This document shows, piece by piece, positions 31,501 to 39,758 of a stretch of 64,000 bases of DNA (within the stretch, counting starts at the first letter, position 1; the number at the start of each line of letters is the position of its first letter). The DNA is from an uncultured Clostridia bacterium. Its GTDB lineage: Bacteria > Bacillota > Clostridia > Christensenellales > UBA1242. The notes below the pieces were generated by a model, which saw only the letters and a list, made by a program, of their open reading frames with translations, had not been told where the DNA came from and made no database searches. The stretch is taken from contig CALWPL010000001.1 of the NCBI GenBank assembly GCA_944383405.1, positions 196,004 through 260,003 on the forward strand, given 5' to 3'. A program made the translations under genes and the position numbers.

Positions 31501-31696
31501 AGAAGGAAGTGCAAACATGAATTTCTATGGAACTTTGCTTTCTTATCAGGATTTAAATGGTGGAACAGATAGTTATAAAAAGTTCTTCGACAGTATTGGT
31601 TCTGATGATACTAAGGTTTGGGCTGCCGAAGGCGGAAGATACCCAGTATTATATCAACTTGATGAAAAGCTTCCACAGCCAAGAATAAGTGAATAA
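28541..31696 (+). CDS. GLUG-motif repeat surface protein with N-terminal signal anchor
   Basis: At least 13 G-G-[IVL]-[VA]-G motifs lie ~20-30 aa apart (IGGVVGTSNG, VGGIVGVSSY, AGGVVGYNRSG, FGGIVGINEGN, SGGVVGYNLGS, VGGVAGRNDGD, VGGIAGLNNGA, LGGIVGDNAGD, AGGLVGSNYGG, VGGLVGFDGN, AGGLVGIAYGK...), the GLUG-domain signature. The N-terminus is MKKFLLFLVIAISAISIGLTIYYF. I prefer ATG 28541 because GGGGG at 28526-28530 is 10 nt upstream, whereas the track start at 28532 abuts the SD. Confidence 0.8.
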   Translation: MKKFLLFLVIAISAISIGLTIYYFSTDNEVIYIRSSFLVVEKGDTIATDGLLDFRYRDENTTLSFGVSQDEESNVLSYSSGDEYFMANEGGESQIVINTSNRNYPQLVINVLVCDGSEEFPYIITSEEALNRIGRDETNRYMLNSHYQLGSNITLTEKEGGNWTPISNFSGVFDGNYYTISNISITDETIGTTQNSAGFISNLASGGVVKNLFLNNLSINLSNVTNIGGVVGTSNGIVQTVEVSGEIVSTNEDFTYVGGIVGVSSYESEKPVIDRCGFEGKISLIGESGNQMAGGVVGYNRSGSVSECYYRGNETLTLENGTSKFGGIVGINEGNSNTASIYDSYFYLESVVDTTNFTQIGGVVYEDRNQIGSNIVTGNYYGGVFDIVTISNQSSVEGSEISSRTNGYLTQSDFASLKDDGSSEFITYIYSNGDIRTWDFNSVWQMGDSYPLLNIYSAMGSTYPTDFTDIIGDNAILSADELYEALKNPDENASYTIIGQNNGNGYEINFEGLDWKWGDSEHKIPEQFNGTLTCENGCVIRGLKIYSAGVEEGANLEDIGLVKTLGVNAKISGLTFEDVEITGENARYVGLLAGVNDGADIYNISIRNLNVNVDGLAFGSLFGWNEERTDRYIQLVNIRNVDASNSYFAYSGGVVGYNLGSITAQRSSVDFEYNYINNIRLYGNYVGGVAGRNDGDISYIDASEVYFNASKNAARQDAYTSGYDFAVGGIAGLNNGAISEVYSNIYMQAIAGSEYFLTLGGIVGDNAGDITRAYASGNTITVTNSYLVYAGGLVGSNYGGRISRSVVEGGSIITETTVRASSIRDISNCSIVGGLVGFDGNTSSTYSISESASRINSIQGCYAGGLVGIAYGKIERCYVGSQSKQVNIKGYFAGGLCATISGSVVDCYSVCRLSGIYTNETYNDVNSLINMKVSATAGLAVMLLTGGEIKGCYTVAEFVDGGVRFSTCADISSMYNSGKITGCVYTTEGSANMNFYGTLLSYQDLNGGTDSYKKFFDSIGSDDTKVWAAEGGRYPVLYQLDEKLPQPRISE

Positions 31697-31705
31697 TTAA
31701 AAAAA

Positions 31706-31730
31706 GGCACATTAACAATGTGTCTTTTTT
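31706..31730 (+). terminator. Rho-independent terminator
   Basis: GGCACAT-TAACA-ATGTGTC hairpin (one G-U pair) followed by TTTTTT (31725-31730). Confidence 0.65.
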
Positions 31731-31892
31731 ATAAAAGAGAAGTGAAAATAAAAAAGAAGACTTTCAATAAAGCCTTCTTTTTTTTGAATACAAGAACTAG
31801 TAGCAAAATAAATTATTTGAGTTAAATTAAAAATAAGTCTATCTCAATATATTAAATTGCCCAATCGCACCAATAATAAGTAAAATTATATA

Positions 31893-32162
31893 TTACTCTG
31901 CTTCTTTTTGTGCTTTTTCAAATTCTGCTAAAATTGCAGTTCTAATTTGTTCTCTTGTTTCAGTGTTGAGTGGATGAACAATATCTTTGTATTCTCCGTC
32001 CAAAGTTTTTCTACTTGGCATAGCGATGAAATAACCTTGCCCACCTTCGATAACTTTGATGTCATGAACAACAAAACAGTCATCAATTGTTAATGAAGCA
32101 ACTGCCTTTAATTTGTTGTCGTCCTTTTTGATAATTCTTACTCTAATGTCTGAAATCTTCAA
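31893..32162 (-). CDS. spoVG: Septation/sporulation regulator SpoVG
   Basis: The full-length SpoVG pattern is present: [13 protein letters not shown]...[52 protein letters not shown]. The start codon is TTG, with AGGTAGGTG upstream. Confidence 0.9.
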   Translation of the reverse strand: MKISDIRVRIIKKDDNKLKAVASLTIDDCFVVHDIKVIEGGQGYFIAMPSRKTLDGEYKDIVHPLNTETREQIRTAILAEFEKAQKEAE

Positions 32163-32187
32163 AGTACTACACCTACCTTTTCTTTTT

Positions 32188-32205
32188 GTTAAGGTTCACC
32201 TTAAC
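32188..32205. promoter_or_regulatory. Perfect 8+2+8 palindrome in the spoVG-murC divergent intergenic region
   Basis: GTTAAGGT-TC-ACCTTAAC. It lies 26 nt upstream of the spoVG start, inside or next to its leader. Operator or leader hairpin; function unknown. Confidence 0.3.
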
Positions 32206-32275
32206 TTATCATAAGTTTATATTAATATTGATAAAAAAGCAAACAATTTAAACAACTTTTTCATATAAAATTAAT

Positions 32276-33631
32276 ATGAAAAGTTTTTTTAATTATAGTA
32301 AAATTTTTTTCATTGGAATTGGCGGAATTAGCATGAGTGCATTAGCACTTCTTTTGAAAAGTGATGGATATGAAGTTTTAGGAAGTGATATTTCAAAAAA
32401 TGAGATAGTAAACAAACTTAGAAAAAACAACATTAAAGTATATAACTCTCATAGGGCAGGACATGTGAAGGGTTGTGATTTGGTAGTTTTTAGCGGAGCA
32501 ATAAAAGAAGATAATCCTCAGATTATTTATGCTAAAAAAAATAACATAGAGGTAATGGAGCGTTCAAAACTTCTTGGGATAATTTCTAAGAGATATAAAA
32601 AAGTTATTGCGATTTCAGGAACTCATGGTAAGACAACTACAACTGCAATGCTTGGATATATTTTTTTAATTGCTGGACTTAATCCCACGATTCATATTGG
32701 TGGAGATTTCCCACAAATTAATGGCAACATACATATTGGAGGAAAAGATTTTTTTATTACAGAAGCATGTGAATTTAGAGATAGTTTTTTAGAGCTTAAT
32801 CCAAATGTTTCTGTTGTTACAAATATTGAGCCTGAGCATTTAGATTACTTTAAAACTTTTGAAAATGAAGTCATGTCGTTTAATAAATTTGTGGAAAGAA
32901 CAAAGGAAATTGCTTTTATTGATTTAAACTACAAAGAGTTGTTTAGAGATGACCTACCTATTATGTATTTTAATGGAAAAAAATTATCGGCTAAGAATTT
33001 AATATTAAATGATGACGGCAAATATAGTTTTGACTGTTATAAGGATAAAAAACTAATTGGAAATTTTAAACTTAATAGTTTTGGCAAACATAATGTTTAT
33101 AATGCACTTGCAGTAATAAGTGTTTGTATGTATTTTAATATTAGTGTAAAGGTTATTCAGATAGGGCTAGAAACCTTTCGTAATGTAAAACGAAGATTTG
33201 AAATTGTTGGAAATATTATGACAAACATTGTAATTCATGATTATGCCCATCATCCGAGTGAGATACAAAAAAGTATCAAAACTTGTAAAGAAATTTTTGA
33301 TAAAAGAGTAATTTGTATTTTTCAGCCACATACATATTCGAGAACAAAATTTCTTATAAATGAGTTTATTTTCAGTTTTGATAAAGCAGACGAATTATAT
33401 CTAGTTGAAAGTTATTCGGCTAGGGAAAAATATGAATATCTTGGAAGTGTTGAGTATTTAAAGGATAGAATTTTATCAAAAAATCCTTGTAAAATAATTA
33501 AAGGGGTGTTTAAAAAAGAAGAAATTAATAAAATATTACTTAGCAATGGATATAAGAATTGTATTTTTTTATTTCTAGGTGCAGGGGATATAGATTTAAT
33601 GGCAAATCAAATTGTAAATAAAAAGAGATAG
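32276..33631 (+). CDS. murC: UDP-N-acetylmuramate--L-alanine ligase
   Basis: N-terminal FFIGIGGISMSALA, Mur-ligase P-loop ISGTHGKTTTTAM, and HDYAHHPSEI with a C-terminal FQPHTYSRT block, all typical of MurC. Confidence 0.9.
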   Translation: MKSFFNYSKIFFIGIGGISMSALALLLKSDGYEVLGSDISKNEIVNKLRKNNIKVYNSHRAGHVKGCDLVVFSGAIKEDNPQIIYAKKNNIEVMERSKLLGIISKRYKKVIAISGTHGKTTTTAMLGYIFLIAGLNPTIHIGGDFPQINGNIHIGGKDFFITEACEFRDSFLELNPNVSVVTNIEPEHLDYFKTFENEVMSFNKFVERTKEIAFIDLNYKELFRDDLPIMYFNGKKLSAKNLILNDDGKYSFDCYKDKKLIGNFKLNSFGKHNVYNALAVISVCMYFNISVKVIQIGLETFRNVKRRFEIVGNIMTNIVIHDYAHHPSEIQKSIKTCKEIFDKRVICIFQPHTYSRTKFLINEFIFSFDKADELYLVESYSAREKYEYLGSVEYLKDRILSKNPCKIIKGVFKKEEINKILLSNGYKNCIFLFLGAGDIDLMANQIVNKKR

Positions 33632-33650
33632 AAAAAATCTATCTCTTTTT
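33624..33650. terminator. Bidirectional terminator between murC and rpmE
   Basis: AGAGATAG (33624-33631) pairs with CTATCTCT (33639-33646), flanked by A-run and T-run. It overlaps the murC TAG stop. Confidence 0.65.
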
Positions 33651-33668
33651 GATAATATACTTTTAAAA

Positions 33669-33872
33669 TTACAAATTATATTTCTTTTGAAATTTTTCAA
33701 CTTTACCACTAGCGTCAACAATTTTTTGCTTTCCTGTAAAGAAAGGATGACATTTACTACAAATATCAATTTTCAAAACATCACCAGGCTTTGTTGATTT
33801 TGTCTTAAACTTTTCACCACAAGCGCATATGACTTCAACTTCATGGTAGTCAGGTTGTATTTCTTTATTCAT
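33669..33872 (-). CDS. rpmE: 50S ribosomal protein L31
   Basis: 67 aa: [27 protein letters not shown]...[31 protein letters not shown], the canonical L31 pattern. GGAGG RBS. Confidence 0.92.
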   Translation of the reverse strand: MNKEIQPDYHEVEVICACGEKFKTKSTKPGDVLKIDICSKCHPFFTGKQKIVDASGKVEKFQKKYNL

Positions 33873-33921
33873 TTCTTGCCTCCTATTTCACAAAAGTAAC
33901 TTAAAATTTTATTCTAAAAAA

Positions 33922-33950
33922 AGTATAGAACAATTTAATGAATAAGTCAA
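33922..33950 (-). promoter_or_regulatory. Candidate sigma-A promoter for rpmE
   Basis: On the minus strand: TTGACT (33950-33945), 17 bp, TATACT (33927-33922). Confidence 0.5.
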
Positions 33951-33981
33951 TATATTTTTATTGTAATTGTCAATACTTTAT

Positions 33982-34011
33982 TTGACTTTTATACCAATAA
34001 ACAATTATAAT
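33982..34011 (+). promoter_or_regulatory. Candidate sigma-A promoter for the 34133-37424 gene pair
   Basis: TTGACT (33982-33987), 18 bp, TATAAT (34006-34011). Confidence 0.5.
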
Positions 34012-34132
34012 ATTGTCAGGAAAAGTTATATTTTATTAAACAATCTTAATTTGTTGCGAATTTTTTATTTTTATTTAGACTTTTTCTTAAATTATTTATT
34101 ATAAGTTGTTATTAAAATTTTAAGGAGTAAGA

Positions 34133-35050
34133 ATGAAAAAAGGATCTGTAAGGGCAAGTGGAATAATTACAATAATCTTTTCAATTATATTTATTGTTTT
34201 TGCGTTTTTATTTATTGGAAATGCTCTGCAACTTTCGTTTGTCCAAAACATAATTTCGCAAGGAGTTGCTTCAACTATTTTTTTTGTGGGGCAAGTTATC
34301 TTTATTTCGCCTTTATTATATTTACTTAGTGTGCTTGGGGTTGAAAGTAGTAGCAATATTATATTAATAATAAGCATAGTTTTTGCTGTTTTTAGTTTAT
34401 TGGCATTTTTTTGGGGAATAAAAGAAACGAGCATAGCAAAAAAAGATGATGAAAATTTCAGAAAATGTAAAAAAACATGTGGGTTTGCAAATTTTATAAA
34501 GTTTATGTTTTTTGCTTATTTTCTAGCACTTATTATAATTTCTTTTATTGACAATGGTTTAAAAGACATGTTTGATATCGTATCTTTTATTATAGGTGTA
34601 AACTTTATTACTCAAATAATTTTAGCGATACTTGCTCTTCTTTCTTTTATTTGTTTTTTACTACCTGTTATTGCGTATAATCAAAAAATCGAAAATGAAT
34701 TAAAATCTGAAGATTTACAAGGAGAAGCAGGAGAAAACCCATCGTATAATCAAGAGATGGGGGCTCAAAATGAAGGTTATCAACAAGAGAGTTATCAAAA
34801 TCAGTTTTATAATAATAATAATAATAATCAGCAACAAACAACGCCGATTGATCCATACGACCTAGTGCATGCAGGAGAGACTGAAGAAGAACCTAGGATT
34901 GTTCCTGGGAAAGACGGGATTCCAATTAACATTACGCAAAAGGGGCTTGATGACTTGGCAAGACTTGAAAGACTTAGGGCAAGTGGTGCAATAGATGAAA
35001 AAAATTATGTTATTTTAAAACAAAAAATTTGTTCAACAAATTTATCATAA
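34133..35050 (+). CDS. Polytopic membrane protein with an N/Q-rich linker and a C-terminal SHOCT-like domain
   Basis: AAGGAG RBS. There are about five or six hydrophobic helices. The low-complexity stretch is QNQFYNNNNNNQQQT. The C-terminus, LDDLARLERLRASGAIDEKNYVILKQKI, matches the SHOCT pattern (L..L..L...G.I.e.eY...K.k). Confidence 0.7.
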   Translation: MKKGSVRASGIITIIFSIIFIVFAFLFIGNALQLSFVQNIISQGVASTIFFVGQVIFISPLLYLLSVLGVESSSNIILIISIVFAVFSLLAFFWGIKETSIAKKDDENFRKCKKTCGFANFIKFMFFAYFLALIIISFIDNGLKDMFDIVSFIIGVNFITQIILAILALLSFICFLLPVIAYNQKIENELKSEDLQGEAGENPSYNQEMGAQNEGYQQESYQNQFYNNNNNNQQQTTPIDPYDLVHAGETEEEPRIVPGKDGIPINITQKGLDDLARLERLRASGAIDEKNYVILKQKICSTNLS

Positions 35051-35072
35051 AGTTATTAACAAAGGAGAAGAT

Positions 35073-37424
35073 ATGAGAAATACTAGAAGTAGACAAAATT
35101 TTATATTATTACTATTTAGTTTTGTATTGTTTTTTTTACTCTTTTCTTTTGTTGTAATTGATAAAACATATAGTGCATTTGCGGCAGATAGTGAAAATAT
35201 AGGGGAAATTTCTGTATTGGCTGAAAACGGATTGTCTTTTTCTTTTCAAGAGACTACAACGGGAGAAACTTTAAGTCAGGATAATTCATTTATGTTTACG
35301 GCCGGGTACAAAGGACAAAATTATGAGATAGAGGCAGTGGTAGATACTGATTTAGTAGAAATTAATGGGGAGTTATCTTACAGGTGGTTTTATTCTGCAA
35401 CTAATGCTGGAAATGTGGATTTGTCTTTATATAAAGAGATAGAAAATTTACAAGAGCCTATTCTCTCTGTTAAGGATTGTAAAGATACTGGTTTTTATAT
35501 TTTGGCTGTTTATGACGCAGACGGACTTGTTGGGAATAGTCAGGTAATAGGGGTAACTATAAATAAGACGAATTTAATAATTACAAAAGGGACTCCTATA
35601 AAAAAAGAGTTTGATGGTTCAACTCTTATTCAGTTTGATGTAGAACAAACAGGCTTTGTTGACGAAAATGAGAGTGTTATTGTTACGGGGCATGTTTCGT
35701 CAGCAGATGTTGGGGATGGAAAATTAGTTTCAAATATTGATGTTGGTTTTACAAATAGTAATCTTGAAGATAATTATGAAGTTCAGGTTAATTTTAATAC
35801 GAATAATTTAGTTGTAGATATTACAAAGAAAAAAGTTTTAATGAATTGGAATATTACAGAAGGCGCTGTATATAACGGTAAAAGCCATAGGGATAAAATT
35901 TCTCCTTATTATAAAGATATAAGTGGGTCAAGGCAATTTTTAAATTATTCAGTAACAGGTAATAATTTTTTTGGACAGCCAATAAATAATAGCGATCTTA
36001 TTTTAGCAGGATATTATACTTTAACTCTTGCGCCACTAGAAAAAGATAAAAATTATGACTTTTACACGAGTTTAGAGCCTGAGACCAAGGCCAATCAATT
36101 TTCTTTTGAAATTGCTAGGGCTCAACCTGAATTCCTGTATACAAAAACAAATTTTGTGTATACAGGAATTGAACAAGATATTAAGGATTATGTATATATA
36201 AATAATAGTGAACAAATTTTATCTTTTTTTCCTGATAATACGACATTTACAACAGTTGAAGAAGCCCAAAATCTAGTAGGTAAAATAGAAATTAGAGTTA
36301 GTAGAAGTGCAAATTATGCAGAATGGAAAGAATATTTTCCACTAACTATTGAAAAGGCTGTTCCAGTTGTTGATATGTCAAATGTAAAGACAGATTATAT
36401 TTATAACGGAGAGATTCAAAGTTTTGATAATAGCAGCATAATAATAAATAATAACGAACAAGTTGTGGTGTCAAGCGTTGAAAATTTTCAAGATGTAGGC
36501 TCGTACATAGTAAAATTACAAATTAATGAATCGGCAAATTATCAAGCACTTGCCCTTAGTGATTTAACAATTAATATGTTAAAGAAAAGTATTGATGTGT
36601 CTAATTTTACTTGGAGAGATACAGGCACTTTATTTTACGAACAAAATGTTGTACATACTGTTTCATTGCTTACAAGTAGTGCATATGTAAAGCCTATTTA
36701 TTCTGGGACATATTCTGCAAGTGATGCAGGTACATATATAGCAAGTGTGTCTTATGAATTATATGATAGTAAAAATTATGAGGTAGTGGGTAGGACGCAA
36801 GATTTAATATGGACAATTAATAAAAGAATAATTAACATTCCGTCAGTTTTACCAGAGCAAGAGTTTGTTTATGACGGAACAGAAAAAATTGTTAATTTTA
36901 CAAATTCAAATAGTAGTTATTTTACCATCTTAGGAAACAGAGCCACAAACGCAGGAGAATATACTATAACTATAAAGTTAAATGATACTGCAAATACTAT
37001 TTGGAGTAATGGAAATACAAATCCTATTGAATATAATTGGCAAATTAATAAAGCAAGTGTTCAAGTCCCAAATTTTTCTACGAGAATTCACTATACAGGG
37101 AATGTTGTTAGTTTAGATGTTGAAGAAAATGAACTATATTTAGTTTCAAATAATAGTGGGGTTGTGCCAGGTGATTATACGGCAATTTTAATGTTAAAAG
37201 ACCCTTATAATTATAAATGGGAAAGGACTGATTCCCCATACATTGAAATTAATTGGAGTATTGGTGGGAATGTAGAAGAAGGAGACCCAGTACCTATTCT
37301 TGCTATTGTTATAAGTGTAATAGTCATTGTTGTAATAGCAATATTTATTACTTTACAATTTACAGTTGTTAAAAAGAAAAAGAAGACAAGCAATAAACCA
37401 GAAGAAAAAAATAGTAAATTATAA
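35073..37424 (+). CDS. Tail-anchored surface protein with MBG/YDG-type Ig-like repeats
   Basis: RBS AAAGGAG. Signal peptide FILLLFSFVLFFLLFSFVVIDKTYSAFA. Repeats carry KKEFDGST..., VYNGKSH, FVYTGIEQ, YIYNGEIQ, FVYDGTEK and NYE/NYQ/NYK motifs. The C-terminus is a TM helix ILAIVISVIVIVVIAIFITLQFTVV followed by KKKKKTSNK. It starts 22 nt after the previous gene, so it is a probable operon partner. Confidence 0.8.
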   Translation: MRNTRSRQNFILLLFSFVLFFLLFSFVVIDKTYSAFAADSENIGEISVLAENGLSFSFQETTTGETLSQDNSFMFTAGYKGQNYEIEAVVDTDLVEINGELSYRWFYSATNAGNVDLSLYKEIENLQEPILSVKDCKDTGFYILAVYDADGLVGNSQVIGVTINKTNLIITKGTPIKKEFDGSTLIQFDVEQTGFVDENESVIVTGHVSSADVGDGKLVSNIDVGFTNSNLEDNYEVQVNFNTNNLVVDITKKKVLMNWNITEGAVYNGKSHRDKISPYYKDISGSRQFLNYSVTGNNFFGQPINNSDLILAGYYTLTLAPLEKDKNYDFYTSLEPETKANQFSFEIARAQPEFLYTKTNFVYTGIEQDIKDYVYINNSEQILSFFPDNTTFTTVEEAQNLVGKIEIRVSRSANYAEWKEYFPLTIEKAVPVVDMSNVKTDYIYNGEIQSFDNSSIIINNNEQVVVSSVENFQDVGSYIVKLQINESANYQALALSDLTINMLKKSIDVSNFTWRDTGTLFYEQNVVHTVSLLTSSAYVKPIYSGTYSASDAGTYIASVSYELYDSKNYEVVGRTQDLIWTINKRIINIPSVLPEQEFVYDGTEKIVNFTNSNSSYFTILGNRATNAGEYTITIKLNDTANTIWSNGNTNPIEYNWQINKASVQVPNFSTRIHYTGNVVSLDVEENELYLVSNNSGVVPGDYTAILMLKDPYNYKWERTDSPYIEINWSIGGNVEEGDPVPILAIVISVIVIVVIAIFITLQFTVVKKKKKTSNKPEEKNSKL

Positions 37425-37557
37425 TATTTGTTAAGGCACTTAAATTTTATTTGTTAAAATTATTTGCTTAATTGCAATTTATATTTTTATATAAAATTGT
37501 ATAGTATTATATCTTTGAAAATTTTAATTTTAAGTAATAAAATTATTTGGAGAAAAG

Positions 37558-39561
37558 ATGCAAAAGAAAAGAATACTTATGACATATATGGAGTCTGGCT
37601 TTGGGCACATTACTTCTATTAAATCAATAGCAGATAATTTAAAAAATTTGTATAATGACAAACTTGAAATTATTGAAAGTTATATCATGCAGGAAGATAA
37701 TGACCCGGTGCTTAAAAAATGGGAAAATTTTATTATAAGCCAAACAAAAAAAACCAACCAAGTAAAAGGATATGGAAATTTTATTTTTGCCTTTTTAAAA
37801 ATTATGGGTGGTCCTAAATTTATGCGTCTTTTGCATAGAAGTATATTTAAAAAATATGTTAAGCATACTCTTGAAGCATTTAAAAGGAGAGACCCTGATG
37901 TAATAGTGAGTACGCATTATTTTATGACCTTTTGTGCACTTGAATATAGAAAAAATATAAATAAAAATGTTAAGGTTATAACTTATAATCCTGACAATAA
38001 TGTACATGAATGGTGGGACAATAGAGAGCATTTATTTATTGTTAATAATGAAAAAGCCTTTTACGATGCAATAGGTAAAAAAGGTTTTAATCCTGCTACT
38101 GTCAAGCAAGTATTTTTTACCGCACGAAATGAATTACTAAATGCAAATTTAACAAGGGAAGAATACAGAGAGAAGTTAAATATACCAAAGGATAAATTTT
38201 GCGTTATTGTTGCAGATGGGGCGTACGCATGTGCAAAATCAAAAAAGGTAACAGATGAACTGTTGAAGACTAAAAAAGATTTAACTATTATTATGCTTGC
38301 AGGTAAAAATGAAAAATTGTTAAATTATTATAAGGATTTGGTGAAAAATAACAAGATTAGTCCCAATATAACTTTAATTCCACTACCTTTTCAAAAAGAA
38401 ATATATGAATATTATTGTGCAAGCGATGTTTTTATTACAAAAGCAGGACCTAATTCTGTTTTAGATTCTGTGTTTATGCATACTCCTGTTATTATAGACT
38501 ATTATGCTCATCCAATAGAGAAGTCGACAAAAGAATTGTTTGTTGACGATTACGGTATGGGGAAAGCAATATACAAGCCAAAAAAGATAAGAGAGCAAAT
38601 TGAAGCGTGGATTGATGACCCAGTTGACCTTCTTGTGTATAGAGAAAATACTTATAGGATTGATAAGTTTAATAATGGTGGGAAGAAAACAGCAGAACTT
38701 ATATATGAAGATATACAAAGAAAAAATCTTTTTGTGTCAAAAGATGATTATACTAATTTCTTATATGAACTTGCAAGGGATGAAAAATATGACACCTTTA
38801 CAACTCCTATTAATTTTAACAACCAAAAGAAAAATTATGATTATAAGGAGATTGAAAAAAGGGGAGTTGTTTCTACTGCGTATAAATGGATTATAAATGG
38901 TTTTTTGAGAATTTTTGGACCAATAGTCGATTATTTAGGGTTTAATATACGAATAGAAGGGAGAAAGAATTTAAAAGGTGTAAAAAGAGGTATAACAATA
39001 TCTAACCATGTTCACTATTTAGATAGTTTGTGGAATTTACAAGCATTGTCTTTTAGAAATAATGTTTATATAACAGGAGCACCGCATAATCTAAAAAAAG
39101 GTTTTTTTGGGGCAACCTTAAAAGCAGGTGGTTTTATTCCTATTGCGTCAACATTTAGTCAAAATAAAGAGTTTGATAAATATATTAAAAGCATACTTGA
39201 TAAAGGTGGGTTTGTGCATTTTTATCCAGAAACGGCATTGTGGCTTAGATACGAACAATCAAGACCGCTGAAAAAAGGTGCGTTTTATTATGCAAGTAAA
39301 AACAATGTGCCTATAATTCCTATTATAATTTTATTTAGAAAAAGATTGTTTAGAAAGAAAAAGGCAGTTACTGTTAAGATATGTAAGCCGATTTACCCTG
39401 ACCCAAATCTTAGTGCTCAACAAAATTGTGAGATGTTAAGACTTGAGACACAAAAAGTATATGATAATGTTATTATTAACTTTTATAATTATGACAAGGA
39501 TAGTTATGCAATGAATAAAGTTGCTAAAAAAGTCAAACTAAAAAAACATTCAAAAGATTAA
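37558..39561 (+). CDS. Fusion protein: UgtP/MGDG-synthase-like (GT28) diacylglycerol glycosyltransferase + PlsC-type (LPLAT) acyltransferase
   Basis: N-half: ILMTYMESGFGHITSIKSI, DPDVIVSTHYFM, ASDVFITKAGPNSVLDSVFMHTPVI and EKSTKELFVDDYGMGKAI parallel the B. subtilis UgtP blocks. C-half: HX4D box NHVHYLD (H at 39007, D at 39022-39024), FYPETAL, KKGAFYYA and VPIIPI, which are acyltransferase motifs I-IV. Confidence 0.8.
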   Translation: MQKKRILMTYMESGFGHITSIKSIADNLKNLYNDKLEIIESYIMQEDNDPVLKKWENFIISQTKKTNQVKGYGNFIFAFLKIMGGPKFMRLLHRSIFKKYVKHTLEAFKRRDPDVIVSTHYFMTFCALEYRKNINKNVKVITYNPDNNVHEWWDNREHLFIVNNEKAFYDAIGKKGFNPATVKQVFFTARNELLNANLTREEYREKLNIPKDKFCVIVADGAYACAKSKKVTDELLKTKKDLTIIMLAGKNEKLLNYYKDLVKNNKISPNITLIPLPFQKEIYEYYCASDVFITKAGPNSVLDSVFMHTPVIIDYYAHPIEKSTKELFVDDYGMGKAIYKPKKIREQIEAWIDDPVDLLVYRENTYRIDKFNNGGKKTAELIYEDIQRKNLFVSKDDYTNFLYELARDEKYDTFTTPINFNNQKKNYDYKEIEKRGVVSTAYKWIINGFLRIFGPIVDYLGFNIRIEGRKNLKGVKRGITISNHVHYLDSLWNLQALSFRNNVYITGAPHNLKKGFFGATLKAGGFIPIASTFSQNKEFDKYIKSILDKGGFVHFYPETALWLRYEQSRPLKKGAFYYASKNNVPIIPIIILFRKRLFRKKKAVTVKICKPIYPDPNLSAQQNCEMLRLETQKVYDNVIINFYNYDKDSYAMNKVAKKVKLKKHSKD

Positions 39562-39578
39562 TTATTTTTTGAAAATAA

Positions 39579-39633
39579 AAAAGGAGTTCTTAGTAACCCG
39601 TTAGGGTTATAATATAACTCCTTTTAATTTTTT
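39579..39633. terminator. Bidirectional terminator between convergent genes
   Basis: AAAAGGAGTT (39579-39588) pairs with AACTCCTTTT (39616-39625). There is an inner AACCC-GTTA-GGGTT hairpin and T-runs on both sides. Confidence 0.7.
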
Positions 39634-39758
39634 ATAGTTTCAAAGCAAGTTGTATTTAAATATAATTTTATCATTTAAGTTAATAAAGTAATATAGTTTT
39701 ATTTATACTTGCTTTTATAAAAAATAGAGCAAAATATTTAATAAAATTAAAATAGTAA

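Noticed and set aside
34120-34434. A 104-aa minus-strand ORF overlapping the start of the SHOCT membrane-protein gene. Similar antisense or off-frame ORFs lie within 37558-39561 (37795-38031, 38461-38718, 38600-38896).
   Set aside because: The sense genes have good RBSs and recognisable domains. These overlapping ORFs have neither.
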